From a virus (taxonomy: Duplodnaviria > Caudoviricetes): a DNA stretch of 59,509 nt. Made by a program: the position numbers and the translations under genes. Positions 38,606 to 47,516 of this stretch are shown one piece after another. Every line of letters begins with the position of its first letter. Positions within the stretch are counted from its first letter, which is position 1. The stretch is from positions 1 to 59,509 of IMG/VR virus record IMGVR_UViG_3300017781_000007. One strand, 5' to 3'. The notes under the pieces are model-generated. The model was not told the origin of the DNA, ran no database searches, and saw nothing but the letters and a program-made list of their open reading frames with translations.

Positions 38606-39637
38606 CTATACCTCCTTCACGAATTTAGCGTATTCTTCTAGTGGCACCCCTAATTTTTTGGCAATCGCCACCTGTGATTTGGTGAGTCTCACAGATCTAC
38701 GTCCCTGCTGAGTTCTTCCAGCAGAAGCAACTTTTTGGACGGGTCTTCGTTGCTCTGTACTAGCAAAACGATGAGGGAAGTTATCCTTCATTCGCTTGTC
38801 TATTTCATTATAATACTCATCACTTTCTACATCAATACCCATGCCCACTAGATCTTCGTGCACAGTCATTGCTGCGTTTGTCATGATTTTATCGTTACCA
38901 AACCAAGCGTTTTTAGACGCCCAACCTCTAGCTCTTTCGCTAGGTTCTGATTGTGCAACCTGTTGTTCTTGAGTTGGTTCTTCTTTTGGTGCGTTTTTCT
39001 GCTCTTCAAGCTGTTTCAATCTAGCTTCTCTATCAGCCATTTTGATTCTAGCTTTTTCTTTTTCAACAGTTAATTGAGTAAGTTCGTCGTTCGCCTCCAT
39101 GATTTTATCTGCATCATTAGATTCAATCGCTTCTTTTAACTTACGCTTTACCTGCTCTCTTTGAGCATCTACTCTCGCATCAAACTCTTTCAGATATTTT
39201 TCATCTGTAGAGTCAAACTTAGTTTGAGTATCATCATATTTCTTCTGTAGACCTTTAGCAAAATCTAAAGCAGCTTGTTCTCTTCTCTCAGCTTCTCTAA
39301 ATTTCCTTGTCAGTTTATCTATTCTTTTCTTAACTGACTCAGATACTTGAGTAAGGTCTTCAGGATCTTCTCTCTTATCTAACTTAGTTTCTCTTTCGTT
39401 TTCGAAAGTTTTATCTTCCGCAGGTCGTTCGTCCGGGATCTCTTGTACATCGACTTCTTCTTTTGGTTTGTCTTTGTCATGATCCGCATAACCTAAATCA
39501 ACTTCACCAACATTTAAATTTGGTTCTTTTGACTCTTCCTTTTGTTGTTCTTCAACTTCGACTTTAGTTTCTTTTACATCGTCTAAATCAAGTTCAACTT
39601 CAGGTTGTGTTTTAGCTTGTTCTTGTGCATCAGCCAT
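38606..39637 (-). CDS. Capsid scaffolding protein (putative)
   Basis: Acidic coiled coil; C-terminal LTKSQVAIAKKLGVPLEEYAK; upstream of the capsid gene. Confidence 0.7.
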   Translation of the reverse strand: MADAQEQAKTQPEVELDLDDVKETKVEVEEQQKEESKEPNLNVGEVDLGYADHDKDKPKEEVDVQEIPDERPAEDKTFENERETKLDKREDPEDLTQVSESVKKRIDKLTRKFREAERREQAALDFAKGLQKKYDDTQTKFDSTDEKYLKEFDARVDAQREQVKRKLKEAIESNDADKIMEANDELTQLTVEKEKARIKMADREARLKQLEEQKNAPKEEPTQEQQVAQSEPSERARGWASKNAWFGNDKIMTNAAMTVHEDLVGMGIDVESDEYYNEIDKRMKDNFPHRFASTEQRRPVQKVASAGRTQQGRRSVRLTKSQVAIAKKLGVPLEEYAKFVKEV

Positions 39638-39649
39638 GATGTTTCCTCC

Positions 39650-40108
39650 TTAATATAAATGCAGAATATCTTCTGGTTTACTTATTGTTGCGATGATTTC
39701 ATCATCATTCAAAATACGGTGCTCACCATACTTTGTTTTAAATCTAGAACCGGCATATCTGCCGTAGATTACAAATTGACCTTTCTTACACCAAGGACCC
39801 TTTGGAAATTTATCTTTGTCTGCATAACACAGATCACCCATCTCAACGACAAGACCTACAACGGTTGTCATCTGAATAGTTTCAGCAGCGGTATCGGTAA
39901 AGATTATTCCACCTTTAGTTTTTTTAGGACCTGAATAAGGTCTTACTAAAAGTCTGTAACCAACAGGTTTTGGTATTAGATCAAGATATTTTTTAATACC
40001 CTCTGGGTCTGTGGGTATTGCTGTTTCTTGTGAATCAGGTGCAGCATCACCTTTTTTTGTTTTGACTCCAACTAATTTAGAGTCAGGTGTTATTATCGTC
40101 ATCGACAT
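39650..40108 (-). CDS. groES: Co-chaperonin GroES-like protein
   Basis: PVGYRLLVRP, KTKGGII mobile loop, VVEMG, RYAG, ILNDDEIIA. Confidence 0.85.
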   Translation of the reverse strand: MSMTIITPDSKLVGVKTKKGDAAPDSQETAIPTDPEGIKKYLDLIPKPVGYRLLVRPYSGPKKTKGGIIFTDTAAETIQMTTVVGLVVEMGDLCYADKDKFPKGPWCKKGQFVIYGRYAGSRFKTKYGEHRILNDDEIIATISKPEDILHLY

Positions 40109-40292
40109 TCTCCTCGTTTCTCTGCAGGTCTTTAAGATCCTGTAGCAGCGTTTCTAATGCGCTGAGTTTTCCTCTAGAATACGATAGGTTGTCGATTGTG
40201 TCTACATGGTACACCAGATCCTCTTTTGTCTTTTCGATCTGTTTTTTTATGTAGTGTCTAATTGATTGTAATGTATCTAAATCAAGATTCAT
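40083..40292 (-). CDS. Small coiled-coil protein
   Basis: 69 aa, upstream of groES. Confidence 0.55.
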   Translation of the reverse strand: MNLDLDTLQSIRHYIKKQIEKTKEDLVYHVDTIDNLSYSRGKLSALETLLQDLKDLQRNEENVDDDNNT

Positions 40293-40326
40293 TGAGCATT
40301 TATAGCTGATTGGGTCTTAGATGCAA

Positions 40327-40710
40327 CTACTTCTTACCCTTGAATATTTGCGTTCCCTTAATACCATAAACACTCGCTACGACGAGAATCCAGAGATTTG
40401 TGAACCAGCTCGGAAGCTGCCCAAAATATTCGAAGAATAATTTCACTTTGTCCATAGAAGTTGGATCATCACTTAGAACTGCCCAAGCCAGCACCAAAAC
40501 GGGGGCTGAGAGAATAATTAAAATAAATTCGTCCTTATAGTCTGCTTGACGAGCTTCTAACAGTTTGCCCTGGTAAGCTTCCTCTCCTGCTGCCATCTTT
40601 TGTGCATGCATCAGTTGTGCATCTGACATTGCTTGTTTTGTCTTCTGACGGTTCGAGTAAATATGCGTTGCCGTCTTTGCTGCCATCCCTAATAAGTTGA
40701 ACCATGCCAT
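40327..40710 (-). CDS. Holin-like membrane protein
   Basis: YKDEF followed by TM helices, LPSWF...VYGIK, basic C-terminus. Confidence 0.6.
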   Translation of the reverse strand: MAWFNLLGMAAKTATHIYSNRQKTKQAMSDAQLMHAQKMAAGEEAYQGKLLEARQADYKDEFILIILSAPVLVLAWAVLSDDPTSMDKVKLFFEYFGQLPSWFTNLWILVVASVYGIKGTQIFKGKK

Positions 40711-41029
40711 AATATTGTTCCTGTCTTCGTTTACATAGATAAGGTAACATTAAATGCAAAATTTTTAAACCCTTTAGCCCAGAAACCTTCCATCTATACG
40801 AAGTTTTATAGTGATTTTCGAAAGTTCGTACATAAACGTTACCTAAATTAAAATGTGTATGAAACAGATCAACGACATCCCTGTCAGTCATTTCAACAGA
40901 TACCTCTATCTTTCTTCTGACTCTACCATCTCTGTACAATCCTGCTTTGAAATTACCGAAGGTTCCTTCACCCTCAAATATACCTGAAAGAAAAATTAAT
41001 TTTTCTTTTTTAGATAGAAATTGAAACAT
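40535..41029 (-). CDS. Free-standing LAGLIDADG homing endonuclease-like protein
   Basis: FLSGIFEGEG, VEMTDRDVV, YRWKVSG, PYL-x-KR. Confidence 0.7.
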   Translation of the reverse strand: MFQFLSKKEKLIFLSGIFEGEGTFGNFKAGLYRDGRVRRKIEVSVEMTDRDVVDLFHTHFNLGNVYVRTFENHYKTSYRWKVSGLKGLKILHLMLPYLCKRRQEQYYGMVQLIRDGSKDGNAYLLEPSEDKTSNVRCTTDACTKDGSRRGSLPGQTVRSSSSRL

Positions 41030-41212
41030 TTACAAAAGATCGCTTGTATAACCGCCACCTTTTACTAATACAACTTCTGCTTCTTCTATTTCTCCACCTT
41101 TTGCTCTTTTTTCTTTAAATAGATCGCTTTCTATTTCTTTAACTTTGTCACTATCACCTTTTTCTTTTGCTTCTTCAAGCAATTGTAATAGTTGTTGATA
41201 TCTACTAGGCAT
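41030..41212 (-). CDS. Small protein
   Basis: RAKGGEI, KGGGYTSDLL; GGAG RBS. Confidence 0.55.
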   Translation of the reverse strand: MPSRYQQLLQLLEEAKEKGDSDKVKEIESDLFKEKRAKGGEIEEAEVVLVKGGGYTSDLL

Positions 41213-41351
41213 TTAGACTCCTACATGTTGGGCAACCCTTTTTGAAAACTTCATGTTTCCAACAAGGATCTGGTTTATAAGTTGGTTTTGATTCGTACAC
41301 TTTTTCTTTAAAAAGTAATGTTTTAATTAAATTAAATATCCATCTTAACAT
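41205..41351 (-). CDS. Small protein with C-x2-H-x6-C-x2-C motif (48 aa)
   Basis: Hand translation MLRWIFNLIK...CWKHEVFKKGCPTCRSLNA. Confidence 0.55.
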   Translation of the reverse strand: MLRWIFNLIKTLLFKEKVYESKPTYKPDPCWKHEVFKKGCPTCRSLNA

Positions 41352-41530
41352 TATCTGACTCCTATAAATTTAAAACCTTTTACTTGTATGTTGTTATTTC
41401 CAGGATAGACATTTTTATCTGTAGATTCTCTATGCGGACATGGCATTCCACCTGAACCAAACTTAACTGGTGGTATGCTTGAGTTAGGCCCCTTCTTTGG
41501 TGGTGGTCCTGATTTTTTACCTATCGTCAT
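41351..41530 (-). CDS. Small Pro/Gly-rich basic protein (59 aa)
   Basis: Hand translation MTIGKKSGPPPKKGPN...QVKGFKFIGVR. Confidence 0.55.
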   Translation of the reverse strand: MTIGKKSGPPPKKGPNSSIPPVKFGSGGMPCPHRESTDKNVYPGNNNIQVKGFKFIGVR

Positions 41531-41599
41531 ATTCTCTTACCTTTAATAAAACATATAAAACAATTATGGAAAAAGGAATTCCTATAATAAATAAATCTA

Positions 41600-42262
41600 T
41601 CATAGTAAACTTTTATCCACGTTAGATGATATCACAACTTCACCACCATCGTCATATGCTTGAAAACCAGATAGAAAAGTATTTGGTTTTGAAACTGGTT
41701 TTTTTATTTGAGTTACAGGAGTTTTACATGGTGGATAAGTTCCATCAGGACATAATTGTTGTCCACCTCCCCCACCAGTATTAGGTGTTGTTACTTTAGG
41801 TGGTTTAATTAATCCAGCATCTTTCATGTAGTTCACACCTGTTTTACTCATCACATCAAGTGGTTTACCTGTTGCTCTGTAAAAATCTCTTGTTGCAGGT
41901 AAATCTTTTGGTTTACCAAAAAAAGTTTCACCTTTTGCTTTTTGTTGTCTTGAACGTTTTACTAACGGATCAATTACTAATGCTTTTGCAAGCTGTAATG
42001 TGATAGGCATGAAAGTAGTCTTTGATCCTGTATTTGTATTTGTATTTTGACTGCCTGCAGGAGGCACATTTGTTTTAGTAGTTCCCGCACCGCCCTTATT
42101 TGTTACTGGTTCTCCATAATATCCAGAACCTGATTCGAATCTTGAATGCGAATGGTCGGATCCTTTGTTGGCAGTGTTTGTTGATGGGGAACTAAAGTCT
42201 GCTTTTGAGGCATCCATGCCTCCGCCTTTATAACCCTTAATTTTTCTTTTCTTGATTGCCAC
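41600..42262 (-). CDS. Low-complexity basic protein
   Basis: 220 aa, YKGGGMD, YDDGGEV. Confidence 0.55.
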   Translation of the reverse strand: MAIKKRKIKGYKGGGMDASKADFSSPSTNTANKGSDHSHSRFESGSGYYGEPVTNKGGAGTTKTNVPPAGSQNTNTNTGSKTTFMPITLQLAKALVIDPLVKRSRQQKAKGETFFGKPKDLPATRDFYRATGKPLDVMSKTGVNYMKDAGLIKPPKVTTPNTGGGGGQQLCPDGTYPPCKTPVTQIKKPVSKPNTFLSGFQAYDDGGEVVISSNVDKSLL

Positions 42263-44570
42263 TTTGTTTCTCCCTATTTAAATCAATTTTTTCTTCAGCT
42301 ATTCTAATTCTTTCTCCAGCTTGTTCTTCAGCCGATTCTAATTTCATTTTATCTAGGTCGATTCTCTCTTCAAACTCACCAGTTTTTCTTTCTTCTTGCA
42401 TCATTGCTTCTTGAGCTTTTCTTTGCATATCCAAAGCTCTTAAATCTAATTCTCTTTGTTTCAATGCAACAAGAGGATCTTGTTTTTGTCCTTGTTCTTC
42501 TTGTGCTAATCTAGTTGTGATCTCTGCAATTCTTTTTGCAACCAATGAATCAAATAAAATTTTAAATCCTTGAGGATCCATTTGTGCTTGTTGTGCCATT
42601 TCAGGTGAATTTTGCACCATGTCACCTACTTCACCATGCGCCTGTAATGCAATGTGATCAGATATATGTCCTTGTAACAAAGCGTACACCATAGGATTGA
42701 TTTGAACCATTCTTGAAGCCATAAACGCTCTGTGTGCAGCAATATGTGACTCATGATCTTGTTCAGGAAACGCTTTTAGCATTTGCATTTGTAAAGCTTT
42801 TGCATTTTCAGTTGCAGGATCTTCAGGTTGTGGCATTGGCTCAGGTTTTAACAATGCATCGATATGTTTTGTACCTAAAGCTTCGTAAACTCTTCTATAT
42901 GCCTCTCTTAGATTGTGCATTTGTGGATTTGACATCGCAATTTTTAAATTTTCGTTTGCTAATGTAACTCTTTGAGCCATACTCATGATATTTGGGTCTG
43001 CAACAGGAATTACATCGACTCTATCGTCAAAATCTTTCAATTTTACAAATCTATCTGCGTTTGTAACAGCGTATGGATATACAGGAGGCAGATAATCTGC
43101 AAAAACTTTTGCTAAAAGTCTAAATTCTTGTCTCATTGCATAGTAACAACGCTTATGAATAGCACTCATCACCCTAGAACCACGTTCTAAGAGTGCAATT
43201 GTAGTTCCAACTGCTCTGTTTTGTGCATCTTCACCCATTTGCATGTCTGCAATAGCTGCAAAACGCTGTCCTGCTTGTACTACGAAACCTAAAAGTTGAA
43301 ATAAAGTTCCACTTGGCTCTTTGAAAGGTAAAATTTGGAACTGATCTTTAATATTTCCACCGGGTGCATCGACATCTCGGAACTCTCCAGGTTGAAAAGG
43401 TTGGTCATCGTCACGAATTCTTATACCTCTAGACTTAAACCCTGCTGGAAGGTTCGCTAAAGTACCTGCATCAAGCAATTGTCTTAATGCTTGTGTTGCA
43501 GATCTTGATAATCCACCGATCATATGTATTAAACCGAAGCCATAAAACCCTAAACCAGGTAAAAACTTGTAATGCACAAAGTATTCTTTTCTTGCTTCTG
43601 TATCATCATCTTGATTATAGTTTCTGTAGATAGATAAAATTTGTCCTGAGCCTTCATCAATTGAAATTATGTATGGAAGTTTAACTTTTTTCTCAGAGCT
43701 TTCCATTTCAAACTCTTCTAAGTTGCAATCTACATGCATCTCTAAAATATCATATTGGTATTCTTTGTTACCTGAAGGTTTGACACCTTCTAATTCATTT
43801 AGTTTATCTTGTATTGGACTTTTCTCTGCTTGTTTCGCAATAAGCTCTACGTCTCTATAGAACCCTGCTTTCTGTTGTTTAAGAACATCATTCTCTGACA
43901 TCTTAACAACATGTGTAATTCTTTCACAATCTTTTAAATCTGTTGCGTAATATGGTACAACTAAATCTTCCGCAGGTACAAACTTTGCAACTGCTCTTTG
44001 TTTGATTTCGTCAAAGTAAATTTTTTTAAATGCTGATCCAGCAAGTGGTAAGTAAAACAACAACTGATCTGTGTCTGGTGTGTACTCTTCCATTTGTTCC
44101 ATTAACATATAGTTCATGAAATCTTTTACACGTGTTGCTTGGTCTTCAACTTCTTTTGTTGATGAACCTATGATCGCTGTTCTTACAGGACCATCACTTG
44201 GTAATAATTCTTTGTAGGCTTGTGCCTGAAACTGAGTTACAGCTTCCGATAGTAACGGATGGGTAACACCACTTGCACCTTGAAAAGGTCTAGTAGCAGT
44301 TACATACTTAAATCCTAATAAATCTAGACCTTCTTTATAAGCCTGTTCCCAATCTGATCTTGAAACTTTATCTTTTTTGTAATCCTGAATTAGTTGAGCA
44401 GACATACGACCAAGAACACGGTCATCCATGTCTTCAGCTAAGTTTCTAAAGAAATCTTCTTCAGGTTGTTCTTCCTCAGGAGCTTGCTCCTCAGTACCCT
44501 CAACTTCTACGTCAACTTCTTCTGTCTCAACTTCTTCAGGAAGTTCATTTTGTTTTTCTACTTCAGCCAT
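42237..44570 (-). CDS. Portal protein
   Basis: 777 aa, HPLLSEAVTQF, GSAFKK, PGLGFYGFGL, GTTIALLE, long C-terminal coiled coil; between TerL and the head genes. Confidence 0.85.
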   Translation of the reverse strand: MAEVEKQNELPEEVETEEVDVEVEGTEEQAPEEEQPEEDFFRNLAEDMDDRVLGRMSAQLIQDYKKDKVSRSDWEQAYKEGLDLLGFKYVTATRPFQGASGVTHPLLSEAVTQFQAQAYKELLPSDGPVRTAIIGSSTKEVEDQATRVKDFMNYMLMEQMEEYTPDTDQLLFYLPLAGSAFKKIYFDEIKQRAVAKFVPAEDLVVPYYATDLKDCERITHVVKMSENDVLKQQKAGFYRDVELIAKQAEKSPIQDKLNELEGVKPSGNKEYQYDILEMHVDCNLEEFEMESSEKKVKLPYIISIDEGSGQILSIYRNYNQDDDTEARKEYFVHYKFLPGLGFYGFGLIHMIGGLSRSATQALRQLLDAGTLANLPAGFKSRGIRIRDDDQPFQPGEFRDVDAPGGNIKDQFQILPFKEPSGTLFQLLGFVVQAGQRFAAIADMQMGEDAQNRAVGTTIALLERGSRVMSAIHKRCYYAMRQEFRLLAKVFADYLPPVYPYAVTNADRFVKLKDFDDRVDVIPVADPNIMSMAQRVTLANENLKIAMSNPQMHNLREAYRRVYEALGTKHIDALLKPEPMPQPEDPATENAKALQMQMLKAFPEQDHESHIAAHRAFMASRMVQINPMVYALLQGHISDHIALQAHGEVGDMVQNSPEMAQQAQMDPQGFKILFDSLVAKRIAEITTRLAQEEQGQKQDPLVALKQRELDLRALDMQRKAQEAMMQEERKTGEFEERIDLDKMKLESAEEQAGERIRIAEEKIDLNREKQSGNQEKKN

Positions 44571-44574
44571 TTAT

Positions 44575-44955
44575 TTAATATAGTTTAGTTGGTTTCAAAC
44601 TTACAAGTTTTCCACCTCTAGCCTTTATCATTTTACCTGCTTTAGCTCCGTCCATTTCTCCTAAACCGAATGTATCTTTACCTAAAGTTGCAAGAGTATC
44701 AGTTTTTTTGATATTTGGACCTCTACCTAAATCAATATTTTCTCTAAATACTTTTTTTGTAGCTGCAATTGCCTTATCTTTAAAACTAGATTTTGCTTTT
44801 TTGGTAATGTAGTTTTTTTTCATATTACCGAAACCAAATTCTTTGGCTTCGTTATTTGCTATACTTGCAGCTCTTGCTTTGCCTGCTAAAAGTTTAGCTC
44901 CAGCTAATCCGACAACTCCTGCCATAATAGCTTTTTTAAGTTTTTTACTTGCCAT
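44575..44955 (-). CDS. Small basic protein
   Basis: Hydrophobic N-terminal segment, KARGGKLV; GGAG RBS. Confidence 0.55.
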   Translation of the reverse strand: MASKKLKKAIMAGVVGLAGAKLLAGKARAASIANNEAKEFGFGNMKKNYITKKAKSSFKDKAIAATKKVFRENIDLGRGPNIKKTDTLATLGKDTFGLGEMDGAKAGKMIKARGGKLVSLKPTKLY

Positions 44956-44991
44956 GATAATTATCTCCTTTGTTATAACAGGATTATCTTA

Positions 44992-47265
44992 TCATGCAAA
45001 TATATTTACGACTAGACCACCACTCTGATATGCTTTGAAGGGTTTAGTAGCCATTTCAGGGCTTACTTTAATTGCAAAAGCATCAAGGTATAATCTAGTA
45101 TCACCCGCCTGCATTTCAATAACTTCACCACCATATCTAGATTTATAGTTCTCAGCTTCTTTTAATGTTCTGAAAGCAGCCATGTGTTCTGTACCTGCTT
45201 TGTCTGGATTAAGACCATAAACCTTTTTAGTATTGTCAACTTTACTTACTACTTTAAAAGGTTTGTTTGGGTCTGATTTTGCTACAGGAATCGTTTTTAC
45301 TTCTGAATTATATTGTTTTGAGAGTTTCTCCATAGCTGCAGGTAACGTCGCTTTTTTATTTGGATCCGTCATACCTTGTATGGGTTCCTCTACATCATTA
45401 CCTTTTTTTCTTACAACGCCTTGTCTTCCACCGTAACCTTTAAATCCTGCTTTTCCGAATCTGTTACCATAAAATTCTAAGTCACCTAAATATTTTGTTC
45501 TCTTCGCATGGTGTAGATATTCAACAGGAGATATAGCTACCCAATCAATACCTCTATCCGCTGCATCTTTAATTTGGTTTTTTAATGCGTGTGTTCCCCA
45601 ATTTTCTTTTCCATACAAAGGTAAAAAAGGTATACCATCTCCCGCTTGTGTTTTTGTAATATTAGCTAAGTTTAAAGAATTGTTTTTTAGCTCATCAAAG
45701 TCAGAAGATAATTTCTTAAATCGTGCAAGATCTTCTGCTGTTTTAGCTGTACCTCTTTTTGAAATATCCATCATCTCTTCTACAATCTTATCAAGCTTTC
45801 TGTTTGCAGAAAAAAATTCTATTTCATTACCAAAAGCATTTACAACTTTTTCTCTAGTAGGATTTACCTTTCTAAGTTTTTGATGATAGTCAGATTGTAT
45901 CTCATCAATCATCATTACTTTTTGATTTTGATTTGTACCACCTGCTCTTATACTTCCTCTTGTATGATACACCTGGTTCGGTATTGCTTTCGTAGCACCA
46001 TAGTCACTTGTGTAGTGTTTGTTATATTCTGATCCTAGTCTTTGACCCATTGGTAATGGTTTAGGGTAATACACAACGTTTTCAAAATATTCATCACCAC
46101 CTTTAATTCTATACTCGTTATAAGAACCATACTTAGGTAAGTAACCCTGTTGTTTTTGTAAACTAAATAATCTTGATAATTCTCTATCTTTGTTTGAAGC
46201 TAAACTTGTAATTCTTGTAACTTCATTTGCATCCACAGCAACCCCAAGTCCTCGTGCCTTTTGAGCTAAATTTTTATAAGCTTGAATATCACTTGCAAAT
46301 ATATTCGAAAAGTCATCATAGTCATCACCATCAACACTCCTGAATTGTTTTGTTAATCTAGAATTAATTTTTAAAAGAGAGTTCTGTGTAGCAGCAATAT
46401 CAGTAACTATATCACCTGCTTCGTCACCGCCTTTGGCAACAACCTTATCTCTTAAATCTTGTAAACCTAAATTCATTTGTCGAGTAACATCTTCAGCCTC
46501 ATCAACAAGTTTTACATTAGTTTGTAGTTTTCTCATTTTAAGATTATTAACAGGAGCCTTTTCTACAATGTAAAGTAAATCCATTTTACTTAGTGGCAAA
46601 CCTTTTTCAGCTGCTGTTTTAAGAAAGCCTCCTACTACTTCTCCTTGTTTATTAAGTTGAAGTAAATTTGAATCCCACATCTCTTCTTTCTTTACTGCTT
46701 GTGAAATATTTTTAAAGTCAGGGTTACCTGTTTTAAATGATCCGGGGCCTGTAGATTTTAAATCTTTGATCCACTCATCAGCTTTTCTTGAACCTGAAAC
46801 CGGGTGTCTTGCAATGTAATCATACAAAGATGAACCTATTCTGTTTGTCTTACCCCCTCTGGATAGAGGTTGTAGATAAGCAATTTTTTTTAATTCATTC
46901 GATCTTGCTATTGCTTCTTGTCTGATTTGTTCTTGTTGAGTTATCTGAGGTCTCTTCATCAATTGACCTCTTTCAATTTTTGTTGGAGCTATTGTTAAAA
47001 CTTCTTCTACTTCATCAACTGGTGCCGTGGTTCGTGATACGCTTAGCTTTGGTTTTCTTAGACCTACGAGTTTATTAAGAGCTCTTGCGATAGGGTTCCT
47101 AGCAGCCACAGCTCCAATACCCACGGCTGCCATCCCAGCAAAACCTTTTAGAGCAGATGGATCATATTTTTCTTTTTCAAAGCTGTTGTCATTATCTCCT
47201 GGAACTGAAGATGTCTTATCATCTTCAAACTTCCCTGAGTCGATTAATTCTTTTAGTCCAGCCAT
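44992..47265 (-). CDS. Large protein with IDEIQSD motif
   Basis: 757 aa; H...HTR...MIDEIQSDYHQ; C-terminal YQSGGLV. Confidence 0.55.
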   Translation of the reverse strand: MAGLKELIDSGKFEDDKTSSVPGDNDNSFEKEKYDPSALKGFAGMAAVGIGAVAARNPIARALNKLVGLRKPKLSVSRTTAPVDEVEEVLTIAPTKIERGQLMKRPQITQQEQIRQEAIARSNELKKIAYLQPLSRGGKTNRIGSSLYDYIARHPVSGSRKADEWIKDLKSTGPGSFKTGNPDFKNISQAVKKEEMWDSNLLQLNKQGEVVGGFLKTAAEKGLPLSKMDLLYIVEKAPVNNLKMRKLQTNVKLVDEAEDVTRQMNLGLQDLRDKVVAKGGDEAGDIVTDIAATQNSLLKINSRLTKQFRSVDGDDYDDFSNIFASDIQAYKNLAQKARGLGVAVDANEVTRITSLASNKDRELSRLFSLQKQQGYLPKYGSYNEYRIKGGDEYFENVVYYPKPLPMGQRLGSEYNKHYTSDYGATKAIPNQVYHTRGSIRAGGTNQNQKVMMIDEIQSDYHQKLRKVNPTREKVVNAFGNEIEFFSANRKLDKIVEEMMDISKRGTAKTAEDLARFKKLSSDFDELKNNSLNLANITKTQAGDGIPFLPLYGKENWGTHALKNQIKDAADRGIDWVAISPVEYLHHAKRTKYLGDLEFYGNRFGKAGFKGYGGRQGVVRKKGNDVEEPIQGMTDPNKKATLPAAMEKLSKQYNSEVKTIPVAKSDPNKPFKVVSKVDNTKKVYGLNPDKAGTEHMAAFRTLKEAENYKSRYGGEVIEMQAGDTRLYLDAFAIKVSPEMATKPFKAYQSGGLVVNIFA

Positions 47266-47516
47266 TACTTGATAAGATCTTTAATATAATCTCCACCCTT
47301 CATAACTTCGACTTCTCCGCCACTATTCATCTTTGCAGTTTCTTGTTTTGTAGCTTTCTGATAAAGATCAGTAACCATATTTTTTTTATTACTTACATAT
47401 TCTGTATCGTTCGGTGTAGCTATAGCTGTTTTCTTTTTTGCTTTACTAAATGCTTTTGCTCCAAGTGCTCCTAGTGCAAGAACACCTAAGACTGCTTTAA
47501 TTGGTTTTTTATCCAT
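47265..47516 (-). CDS. Small basic protein
   Basis: MNSGGEVEVMKGGDYIKDLIK; start trimmed to MDKKP. Confidence 0.55.
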   Translation of the reverse strand: MDKKPIKAVLGVLALGALGAKAFSKAKKKTAIATPNDTEYVSNKKNMVTDLYQKATKQETAKMNSGGEVEVMKGGDYIKDLIK

